Shown: positions 30,085 through 37,146 of the stretch, piece by piece | How positions within the stretch are numbered: position 1 is the stretch's first letter | Layout: each line of letters starts with the position of its first letter | IMG/VR virus record: IMGVR_UViG_3300027736_000034 | Span: 1 to 64,000 of that record | Length of the DNA: 64,000 bases | Source of the DNA: a virus | Strand: one strand, 5' to 3' | Translations under genes and position numbers: made by a program | The notes under the pieces: generated by a model | The model's database searches: none | The model's input: the letters and a program-made list of their open reading frames with translations, nothing else | Told to the model about the DNA's origin: nothing

Positions 30085-30251
30085 TGTATTCTTGTCTATA
30101 TGTGGGGATATAGCCTACCCTGATATGATTATATAGATTATGAAGTGCTACATTGGTACTATCTTATCTGAAAAGATAGTACGAACGAAGGTGTACCACA
30201 TGGTTACGGTGCCTTAGACAAGCACCGGGAGTATACTATATTATGGTAAAT

Positions 30252-30328
30252 GCCTTCATAGCACAATTGGTTAGTGCAAACGACTCATAATCGTTAGGTT
30301 ACTGGTTCGAGTCCAGTTGAAGGCACCA
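30252..30328 (+). tRNA. trnI: tRNA-Ile2(CAT) (lysidine type likely)
   Basis: Anticodon arm CGACTCATAATCG as in bacterial Ile2 tRNAs. Confidence 0.8.
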
Positions 30329-30336
30329 AGTATTTC

Positions 30337-30423
30337 GGAGAGTGGGCTGGATGGTAAGGCATCGGATTGCTAATCCGACGCTCAGAAATGGGCGAGTGGG
30401 TTCGACTCCCACACTCTCCGCCA
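30337..30423 (+). tRNA. trnS: tRNA-Ser(GCT)
   Basis: TT-GCT-AA; long arm; G73. Confidence 0.93.
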
Positions 30424-30453
30424 AGAGTATGTAATTTTTAATAAGGAAATAAA

Positions 30454-30618
30454 ATGAAACCAGGTAAAACTTTTAAACTATCTAAACGTAACAAGACAAT
30501 GACAGCATTGTTTAGTTTTGTTGATAAGGATCAACGTAGTGCATTTAAGAATATGATGATCCAAGCACAACTTGCAGGTGAAGTTAAGGTAGTTAGAGAC
30601 AAATCTGATCGTAAGTAA
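30454..30618 (+). CDS. Small basic protein (54 aa, not in ORF track)
   Basis: RBS TAAGGA; MKPGKTFKLSKRNK... Confidence 0.65.
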   Translation: MKPGKTFKLSKRNKTMTALFSFVDKDQRSAFKNMMIQAQLAGEVKVVRDKSDRK

Positions 30619-30622
30619 TAGT

Positions 30623-30700
30623 GTGGGGATGGCAGAGCGGCCCAATGCAACAGTCTGCAAAACTGTAAATCCGCGAGTTCAAATCTCGCTCCCCACTCCA
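30623..30700 (+). tRNA. trnC: tRNA-Cys(GCA)
   Basis: CT-GCA-AA; U73. Confidence 0.93.
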
Positions 30701-30708
30701 AATAAAGG

Positions 30709-30826
30709 TTGACAACAAACCTAAAATGTTGTATAATAGATTTTTTAAACGAAAGAGGTAATGACATGAAACGTGCTAAACGATAGTGTCATTCTTAAAC
30801 CCCATGTATTGGTTTAGGGATGGCAC
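30709..30826 (+). promoter_or_regulatory. Promoter, MKRAKR minigene and 16-bp hairpin
   Basis: TTGACA-17-TATAAT; GAGGT RBS; ATG 30766..TAG 30786; hairpin 30786..30826. Confidence 0.55.
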
Positions 30827-30852
30827 ATTAAAGAAAATTTAATACTGCTTAT

Positions 30853-30926
30853 CCCTCATAAACATTAAGGTGATGTAACCGGCTCTTAACCGGTAAAACA
30901 CGGATCGTTACCGTGATGTGGGACCA
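30853..30926 (+). tRNA. trnK: tRNA-Lys(CTT), atypical
   Basis: CT-CTT-AA; T-loop ATCGTTA. Confidence 0.8.
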
Positions 30927-30932
30927 ATATAT

Positions 30933-31006
30933 GGGGCTATAATTCAAAGGTAGAATAGTCGGCTTTTAACCGATCTATCCGAGTTCGAATCTCGGTGGCC
31001 CTACCA
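30933..31006 (+). tRNA. trnK: tRNA-Lys(TTT)
   Basis: CT-TTT-AA; CCA. Confidence 0.93.
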
Positions 31007-31067
31007 TATAAAAACATATTGTCTGCGTAAACCGTGGATCCGTAGTAGATAGTGTGTTTCTATATGG
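31004..31067 (+). ncRNA. Long-stem RNA cassette C
   Basis: Same arms as 22158..22260; 23 bp identical at the 3' arm. Confidence 0.5.
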
Positions 31068-31083
31068 TAATAAATAAAGAATA

Positions 31084-31428
31084 ATGGAAGAAATGTATAT
31101 GATTGAAAATAGACGAGGACGGCTAAGATACTATCTTAGAGATGCTAAACTAAGGGCTAAGAAAAAATCATTACCCTTTGACTTAGATTTAAATTTTTTA
31201 GATTCTATCGCCACTGACAAATGCCCAATTTTTGGGACGCCATTTATTTTTGGAGAAGCAAATAAGTTGTCGCCTACTTCTCCGTCTTTAGATAGAATTA
31301 TTCCATCTAAGGGTTATGTTAAGGACAATGTTGTTTTTATTAGTCATAGGGCAAATACAATAAAGCATAATGTAGTTGGGCCGGATGACTTATATAAAGT
31401 AGCCGATTGGTTACGTAGTAAAATATAG
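31084..31428 (+). CDS. Putative His-Me finger endonuclease-like protein
   Basis: CPIFG...PSLDRI.P.KGY...NV..IS..AN..K. Confidence 0.65.
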   Translation: MEEMYMIENRRGRLRYYLRDAKLRAKKKSLPFDLDLNFLDSIATDKCPIFGTPFIFGEANKLSPTSPSLDRIIPSKGYVKDNVVFISHRANTIKHNVVGPDDLYKVADWLRSKI

Positions 31429-31434
31429 AATAAT

Positions 31435-31521
31435 GGAAGATAGGCTGCATGGCGCGGACACGGTCTTGAAAACCGTCCCACTGTTTACACGGTGACAGTT
31501 CGATTCTGTTATCTTCCTCCA
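31435..31521 (+). tRNA. trnS: tRNA-Ser(TGA)
   Basis: CT-TGA-AA; long arm. Confidence 0.9.
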
Positions 31522-31526
31522 AGTTA

Positions 31527-31587
31527 AGGATCGGTTCAGCAAATAAATACATTCAACTTTTAATTGAAACCGTAAAAAACGATCCTG
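31527..31587 (+). ncRNA. CAGCAA-stem small RNA copy 2 carrying a Lys(UUU) anticodon stem-loop
   Basis: AGGATCGGTT-CAGCAA...AACGATCCT-G; TTCAA-CTTTTAA-TTGAA. Confidence 0.7.
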
Positions 31588-31609
31588 TTATATCTAGTGT
31601 AAATAGACA

Positions 31610-32221
31610 ATGAATCATATTGACAAATTAAAAAGTAAACTTGACTCTGTTAAAACAACAGAAAGAATTTTACCCACCCATGAAATAGAACAAAAATATA
31701 TAGATAAAATATATGAATTGGATTTATCTTCTGAAATAGATTCAGATACAATTGTAAATTTAATTTATAAGTTCAAAGAACAATATCCAATATCAAATAC
31801 ATCAAATCTTTTTTCTTGGCATAGTAATTATGATACTCATAGAAAAACATCAGATTTTAACACATTGATAAATGTAATAGAGAATAAATTAAAGTTAATT
31901 GAGACTAATGATAGAGATGGAGCTGTAAATAAAGTTTTAGATAGTTGGGTGGCAATATATAATAAAACAGAATATGCACAATGGCATAGCCATTCAGATA
32001 ATAGTGGTAGTAGATGGTCAGTGGTTTATTATGCAAAAGCAGAAGAAAATTGTGCTCCTATAGTTTTTAAAGATTTAGAAATAGTGCCTAAAACAAATAT
32101 GTTATTAGTATTTCCTTCCCGAGCCTATCATATGGTAAGAAAATCACAATCTGATATAGAAAGAATAATCTTTGCAGCAAACCTAGATATAGTTTATATA
32201 AAAAATAAAATATCTCCCTAA
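31610..32221 (+). CDS. Putative 2OG-Fe(II) oxygenase
   Basis: WHSH, SVVYY, FPS...H.V, RII...N; stop overlaps tRNA-Trp 5' end. Confidence 0.75.
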   Translation: MNHIDKLKSKLDSVKTTERILPTHEIEQKYIDKIYELDLSSEIDSDTIVNLIYKFKEQYPISNTSNLFSWHSNYDTHRKTSDFNTLINVIENKLKLIETNDRDGAVNKVLDSWVAIYNKTEYAQWHSHSDNSGSRWSVVYYAKAEENCAPIVFKDLEIVPKTNMLLVFPSRAYHMVRKSQSDIERIIFAANLDIVYIKNKISP

Positions 32222-32285
32222 TGTAATGGCAGCATACCGGTCTCCAAAACCGTTAGTCAAGGTTCGAGTCCTTGGGGGGATGCCA
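32212..32285 (+). tRNA. trnW: tRNA-Trp(CCA)
   Basis: CT-CCA-AA; G73. Confidence 0.9.
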
Positions 32286-32299
32286 ACTAAATAGAATGT

Positions 32300-32920
32300 A
32301 TGTTCTACTATCAAACCAATTTTGATTTTTCACTTGCTTCTAAACAATATATAAAAAATATATATAAGCATAAGTTTAATCAAAATTACTATCATGACCT
32401 TGAATCAGAAAAACTGATATCACCTATCAGCCCGCCGGGTAGAGAAATAGTTAAGTTTCTATCAAAATATAATCTTAATATTATCTATCAAGGGATAATA
32501 GCATTCACTAGTAATAGTGATACTTGGTTTGAAGGTAATCCGCATGTTGATATAATGCGAATTAATAATGAACAAGTTCCAATAAGAACAAGATTCAATG
32601 TAATGATCGAGGGTAATATTGATGATACTATGTATTGGTGGAAAGATATTAGTTGGGGAAGCGAGCAATTAGTACAAAATAAATTTACACTTAAATCAGG
32701 TAGTACTTATGATTCATATAGTATCCCTGGTAATAGTACAAAAGAAAGATGGGATTATATGGGTGAGCCATCTGATAAAAAAGAAAGACTATTAAGCCCA
32801 AGTGCATTTGTAAGAACAGATTGCACACATACAGTAAATGTTTCCTCTGGTCCAAGACTAATAATCTCTGTAGCTTTTGCTGAAACATTTGATGATATAG
32901 TTAGTAGATTAAATAATTAA
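32300..32920 (+). CDS. Putative 2OG-Fe(II) oxygenase-like protein
   Basis: PHVD...HTV...PRLIISV. Confidence 0.6.
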   Translation: MFYYQTNFDFSLASKQYIKNIYKHKFNQNYYHDLESEKLISPISPPGREIVKFLSKYNLNIIYQGIIAFTSNSDTWFEGNPHVDIMRINNEQVPIRTRFNVMIEGNIDDTMYWWKDISWGSEQLVQNKFTLKSGSTYDSYSIPGNSTKERWDYMGEPSDKKERLLSPSAFVRTDCTHTVNVSSGPRLIISVAFAETFDDIVSRLNN

Positions 32921-32922
32921 CT

Positions 32923-33007
32923 GCCCTGGTGGCGAAATTGGTAGACGCACCAGATTTAGGTTCTGGCGCCGAAAGGCGTGTCGGTTCGAGTCCGACCTAG
33001 GGCACCA
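32923..33007 (+). tRNA. trnL: tRNA-Leu(TAG)
   Basis: TT-TAG-GT; long arm. Confidence 0.95.
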
Positions 33008-33065
33008 CAAAAACTCGCCTTGACTGATGGCGTATAATGAGATAAGTAATCAGTCAATAAATTTC

Positions 33066-33139
33066 GGGGGATTGATGTAATGGTAGCCTGGGACCTTTGC
33101 AAGGTTTTCGCAACAGTTCGATTCTGTTATCCTCCACCA
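33066..33139 (+). tRNA. trnA: tRNA-Ala(TGC)
   Basis: G3:U70; TT-TGC-AA. Confidence 0.85.
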
Positions 33140-33144
33140 ACTTT

Positions 33145-33257
33145 AGGATACTAACAGCAACATTTAACATTCCAAACTTTGGGTTGTGGGTTCAAGTCCC
33201 ATCAGTAGCAATACTGTAGATCAATGGTAGATCAAAAGTCGTTAAAAATGTATCCTG
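33145..33257 (+). ncRNA. CAGCAA-stem RNA copy 3 with circularly permuted tRNA-like domain (YrlA-type Y RNA)
   Basis: T arm GTGGG-TTCAAGT-CCCAT, closed acceptor CAGTA-GCAA-TACTG, then D arm GATC-AATGGTA-GATC, within AGGATAC/GTATCCT. Confidence 0.8.
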
Positions 33258-33265
33258 TTAAATAT

Positions 33266-33342
33266 GCGTGATTAGTTCAGCATGGAAGAACGCTACCCCG
33301 ACACGGTAGAGGTCAAAAGTTCAAATCTTTTATCACGCACCA
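33266..33342 (+). tRNA. trnV: tRNA-Val(GAC)
   Basis: CC-GAC-AC loop (C33). Confidence 0.85.
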
Positions 33343-33361
33343 TGAATACGATAAATAATTA

Positions 33362-33437
33362 CGCGGGAAGGGCCCGGTCACCGGCGAGGTCTCATAAGCC
33401 TTTGCAATCCTTGGTTCAAATCCAAGTCCCGCATCCA
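33362..33437 (+). tRNA. trnfM: Initiator-type tRNA-Met(CAT), atypical D arm
   Basis: CGCGGG start, C1:A72 mismatch, CT-CAT-AA. Confidence 0.75.
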
Positions 33438-33452
33438 ATAACTAGTGTAAAT

Positions 33453-33689
33453 ATGAATCCATTAGATTTTAAAACCCAGCAAGTAGCAAACTCTATATTA
33501 GATTTATTGGAGTTAGCCTACACGCAAGATAAAAAAATCACATGGAGAACAATATTTACATTTTTACAATATCCTCCCGAATCATGGGAAGATGATGAAG
33601 ATATTGATGATGTAATTGAAATTAAATCAGAAAGTGATTTAGTTTTATTAAAAGCAATGGTTAGCAGTAAATTTGCAACCAAACATTAA
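33453..33689 (+). CDS. Hypothetical protein
   Basis: Start moved past the tRNAs; 78 aa. Confidence 0.55.
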   Translation: MNPLDFKTQQVANSILDLLELAYTQDKKITWRTIFTFLQYPPESWEDDEDIDDVIEIKSESDLVLLKAMVSSKFATKH

Positions 33690-33926
33690 ATGATTGAATA
33701 CATAACTACATTTCTTGCCCTGTTCTTTACTGATGTGTTTTACACATATTATCTAAGAGCAATTCAAAATGATGAGGCATTAAAATCAAGTGTATGGGCA
33801 GTGGTAGTTTTTTTCATTGCAAGTATTGCAGTAATTAACTATACTAGTGATCATATGTTATTGATTCCAGCATGTCTTGGCGCTTTCTGCGGCACGTTTG
33901 TTGGAATGAAAATTAGAAAGAAATAA
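33690..33926 (+). CDS. Small membrane protein
   Basis: Three hydrophobic segments. Confidence 0.7.
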   Translation: MIEYITTFLALFFTDVFYTYYLRAIQNDEALKSSVWAVVVFFIASIAVINYTSDHMLLIPACLGAFCGTFVGMKIRKK

Positions 33927-33928
33927 TT

Positions 33929-34002
33929 CTCGGTATGGTGAAATGGTATCACTCTGCGTTTGGGACGCAGGAGCGGAAGTTCGATTCTTCCTACCGAGAC
34001 CA
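33929..34002 (+). tRNA. trnP: tRNA-Pro(TGG)
   Basis: TT-TGG-GA; CCA. Confidence 0.92.
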
Positions 34003-34018
34003 TTGAAAGGAAATTGTT

Positions 34019-34204
34019 ATGAGTAAAGGTAGTAGCCCAAGACCGTATAGTGTAAGTCAAAATGAATTTGGATCTAACTTTGATAAGATATTTCGTAAGC
34101 CCTCAAGAAAAGATATTGAGGATGCCCAAAATGAGCAAGAAGCATTTGACTATATAGTGAGAACATTGTATAATACTGAAGAAGGAGATAAACAATGCAA
34201 GTAA
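34019..34204 (+). CDS. Conserved small phage protein
   Basis: MSKGSSPRP...NFDKIF; RBS AAGGA. Confidence 0.7.
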   Translation: MSKGSSPRPYSVSQNEFGSNFDKIFRKPSRKDIEDAQNEQEAFDYIVRTLYNTEEGDKQCK

Positions 34205-34464
34205 GAGCAAAACATATTTTAGTTCAATCATTGAACGAAGCGGTTACATTAAAAGAAAAGATTTCAATGGGTGAGGATTTTTCAGCCTTAGCAAAGATTC
34301 ACAGCAAGTGTCCTAGTGGACAGAATGGTGGAGATTTAGGAAGTTTTCAGCGTGGACAAATGGTAAAGCCTTTTGAAGATGTTGCGTTTGGTATTGATGT
34401 TGGTCAAATTAGTGGCCCGGTACAAACACAATTCGGCTATCATTTGATTCAACGTACTGCTTAA
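34195..34464 (+). CDS. ppiC: Parvulin-type peptidyl-prolyl isomerase
   Basis: AKHILV, HSKCPSG..GGDLG, MVKPFE, TQFGYHLI. Confidence 0.95.
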   Translation: MQVRAKHILVQSLNEAVTLKEKISMGEDFSALAKIHSKCPSGQNGGDLGSFQRGQMVKPFEDVAFGIDVGQISGPVQTQFGYHLIQRTA

Positions 34465-34988
34465 TGAATACGGTTATACCAATTGTTTCAGCAGAAAGAA
34501 ATTGTGATGGATGCACAGTTTGTTGTGACGGTTGGTTAGCAGGCAAAGCAAACGAACATTATTTTTATCCTGGACAAAAATGTCACTATGTTAGTGATAA
34601 AGGTTGTACTATCTATGAAAATAGACCGGAAATACCTTGCAAGACATTTAGTTGTGGTTGGCTATTAGATAAGGAAATTCCTGAATGGATGAAACCTTCT
34701 AGTATACAAGCAGTTATAATCTCAGCGAAAGATGGTTCGTTTAAAATCCAACATGAAACAGTATCCTTAAAGGTATTTTCTTGGCTCAAACGATTATATC
34801 GACAAGGGAAAATTAAAACGACCCAATCAGAAGAAGAATTTTTATTAGAAATAAATCAAGCTATTATTAAATACGGGAAATATTTAATGTTGCTAGATAT
34901 AGAAGAATTAAACAATGAGACTCCGAAAAATTTTGAAATAATGATTGATTCATTGCACAGATTAAGTATGAAAGATAAGCCTCGTTAA
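34464..34988 (+). CDS. Cys-cluster (YkgJ-like) protein
   Basis: CDGCTVCC...GCTIYENRP..PC..FSC. Confidence 0.65.
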   Translation: MNTVIPIVSAERNCDGCTVCCDGWLAGKANEHYFYPGQKCHYVSDKGCTIYENRPEIPCKTFSCGWLLDKEIPEWMKPSSIQAVIISAKDGSFKIQHETVSLKVFSWLKRLYRQGKIKTTQSEEEFLLEINQAIIKYGKYLMLLDIEELNNETPKNFEIMIDSLHRLSMKDKPR

Positions 34989-35005
34989 CTCAGTGGTAGA
35001 GTGTC
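34979..35005 (+). pseudogene. Orphan 5' fragment of tRNA-Val (acceptor 5' strand and D arm)
   Basis: GCCTCGT-TA-ACTC-AGTGGTA-GAGT-G; complementary to ACGAGGT at 35634..35640. Confidence 0.7.
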
Positions 35006-35048
35006 TTTTTTGTTCAACTATGATAAATACTTGAGCAAGGAGATAATT

Positions 35049-35585
35049 ATGTACAACTGTAGTCAATGTGATAAAGAGTTTAGTAACCATAGAGCATTAA
35101 ATGCACACCAAATAGCGCATAAAGATAGAGCAAGTAGATATTCAATTGATAGAAAACAACCGGACTCTAAGTATAATACAATATTTAAATGTTTATGCTG
35201 TGAGAAAGAAATGAGATACAATCACGGAACAACAAATAAATTTTGTTCCATAGCATGTAATTCTAAATATCAATGGGAAAAGATATCAATTCCTAAAATT
35301 GAAAGCGGACAAGGTGGAAATTTAAAAAGGTATTTAAAAGAATTATTTGGGGATAAATGTTCTGAATGTGGACAAGAAGGTAATTGGAATAACAAGCCAC
35401 TTGTGTTACAATTAGATCATATAGACGGTGATAGTGATAATAACTACCCAAATAATGTAAGATTACTTTGTCCTAACTGCCACACTCAAACAGAGAATTT
35501 TGGTAGTAAAGGAAAAGGTAGTAGGTATAAGAAGGTAACTAAAAGAAATAGTTATTTAAGAGAATATAAGGCCTCGGTAGTTTAA
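35049..35585 (+). CDS. C2H2 zinc finger plus HNH endonuclease (putative homing endonuclease)
   Basis: CSQC...H...H; CSECG, LQLDHIDG...N..LLCPNCH; RBS AAGGAG. Confidence 0.9.
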   Translation: MYNCSQCDKEFSNHRALNAHQIAHKDRASRYSIDRKQPDSKYNTIFKCLCCEKEMRYNHGTTNKFCSIACNSKYQWEKISIPKIESGQGGNLKRYLKELFGDKCSECGQEGNWNNKPLVLQLDHIDGDSDNNYPNNVRLLCPNCHTQTENFGSKGKGSRYKKVTKRNSYLREYKASVV

Positions 35586-35644
35586 TGGTAGAACGCCATC
35601 CTTACACGGTGGATACGGGAGTTCAATTCTCCAACGAGGTACCA
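35571..35644 (+). tRNA. trnV: tRNA-Val(TAC)
   Basis: CT-TAC-AC; 5' end overlaps the HNH stop. Confidence 0.85.
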
Positions 35645-35793
35645 AGAGACAGCGGATAAGTTACATTATCCAGTATGAGTCGCTAAGGTAGCTAGCTAAT
35701 CCTTAGGGCAGGTAATAGTACACGATTGTGATGTAACAGGTGAGTAGTGATCTACTTCACAGGGGATACCTCAAGAATGGCCTCCACCAATAA

Positions 35794-35867
35794 GCGGGAT
35801 TAGTTAAATGGTAGAACGGGACCTTGCCAAGGTTCGGACAGGAGTTCGATTCTCCTATCCCGCTCCA
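35794..35867 (+). tRNA. trnG: tRNA-Gly(GCC)
   Basis: TT-GCC-AA; U73. Confidence 0.93.
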
Positions 35868-35883
35868 AAGATAAAGTAAAAAT

Positions 35884-36420
35884 ATGGCCCATCAACAACA
35901 ATTCAACTATATACAAAAATTGAAATTAAAATACCCAACTCAATTCTTTAATAAAAAAGTATTAGAAGTTGGAAGTCTTAATATCAATGGATCAATAAGA
36001 ATGTTCTTTACTGAATGTGATTATTTGGGCATTGATGTTGGGCCCGGTAAAGATGTTGATTTAGTCTGTGAAGGTCAAAATTTAGATCATCCAAACGAAA
36101 CATACGATACTGTAGGTAGTTGTGAATGTTTTGAACATAATCCTCATTGGGTAGAGACATTTAATAATATGCATAGAATGACTAAGCCCAAAGGTTTAAT
36201 TTTTATGACTTGTGCCACTACAGGTAGACCAGAACATGGCACCACTCGTACTAGTCCACAAGATAGTCCATTGACCACAGGCATAGGATGGGAATATTAC
36301 AAAAACTTAACAGTAGAAGATTTTGTACAGAACATGGACCTTGACAACATGTTTTTAGCATATGAATTTGAAATAGGCGCCCCACATCAGGATTTGTACT
36401 TCTACGGCATCAAACGATAA
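35884..36420 (+). CDS. Class I SAM-dependent methyltransferase
   Basis: VLEVGS, GIDV..G..VD, ECFEH. Confidence 0.85.
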   Translation: MAHQQQFNYIQKLKLKYPTQFFNKKVLEVGSLNINGSIRMFFTECDYLGIDVGPGKDVDLVCEGQNLDHPNETYDTVGSCECFEHNPHWVETFNNMHRMTKPKGLIFMTCATTGRPEHGTTRTSPQDSPLTTGIGWEYYKNLTVEDFVQNMDLDNMFLAYEFEIGAPHQDLYFYGIKR

Positions 36421-36850
36421 GTTTGCAATAGGCATTAACATCTAATTCACTAGTTTCCCACAATGAGGCAAGACTAAATCCTGCACTTTCATACGTGGGC
36501 CAACTAGACCTTTTGGGGTAACTCCAAATATAGTTAGCACCCTCATTTATTCCTTTATCAATAGTAGCAACTAATAGTATTTTTCCTATGCCTTGTTTTC
36601 TATATTCCGGAAATACAAACAATCCCCTAGATCGATAAGAATTGTCGTGGCACAAGTGACCACTATTGACACCTACTATTTTGTTATCTAATTTGTAACC
36701 AAAAAAGGTAGGAGTAGATATCATATTTTGCATATCATATCCCCCTAAAAAATTCATAGCACTATGAGTTTCTATGGTACTTTCTCTAGTGGGCCAAAGA
36801 TGAATATTCCAAATTTGGTAAATTTCTCCAAAGGTGATGTTAAGTATCAT
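36410..36850 (-). CDS. GNAT-family acetyltransferase
   Basis: RGLFVFPEYRKQGIGK acetyl-CoA motif; start reassigned to ATG 36850. Confidence 0.85.
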   Translation of the reverse strand: MILNITFGEIYQIWNIHLWPTRESTIETHSAMNFLGGYDMQNMISTPTFFGYKLDNKIVGVNSGHLCHDNSYRSRGLFVFPEYRKQGIGKILLVATIDKGINEGANYIWSYPKRSSWPTYESAGFSLASLWETSELDVNAYCKLIV

Positions 36851-36905
36851 TGATGTATTTAATATAGCTAAATATAAATGACATAAATATATAAGAGGTA
36901 ATATT

Positions 36906-37142
36906 ATGCAGTTTTTAGACAAAATTAAACAACGAATGAAATTATTAGTTGATAAATCAATCGCAAGTGAAGAAATACAAAAACAACGAATAGAGATGTG
37001 TAATTCATGCGAACACCTGTTACATTTTACTAGACAATGTAAGAAATGTGGATGTGCAGTGGATGCCAAAACAAAATTATCAAGCAGCAGCTGTCCAGTA
37101 AACAAATGGCAGGTAGTTATATTCCCTAGTAGGATTGAGTAA
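36906..37142 (+). CDS. Small Cys-rich metal-binding protein
   Basis: CNSC..QCKKCGC...SCP..KW. Confidence 0.7.
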   Translation: MQFLDKIKQRMKLLVDKSIASEEIQKQRIEMCNSCEHLLHFTRQCKKCGCAVDAKTKLSSSSCPVNKWQVVIFPSRIE

Positions 37143-37146
37143 TTAT

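Noticed and set aside
21440-34060. ORFs overlapping tRNA genes (e.g. 21440..21679, 22439..22849, 27376..27609, 30531..30767, 5' part of 33282..33689)
   Set aside because: They are translations of tRNA sequence.
34979-35644. Self-splicing intron in tRNA-Val
   Set aside because: No group I/II core is visible, the ORF fills the interval, and the downstream tRNA is complete by itself.
35645-35789. tmRNA
   Set aside because: Too short, with no T arm, no matching GGGG 5' end and no tag ORF.
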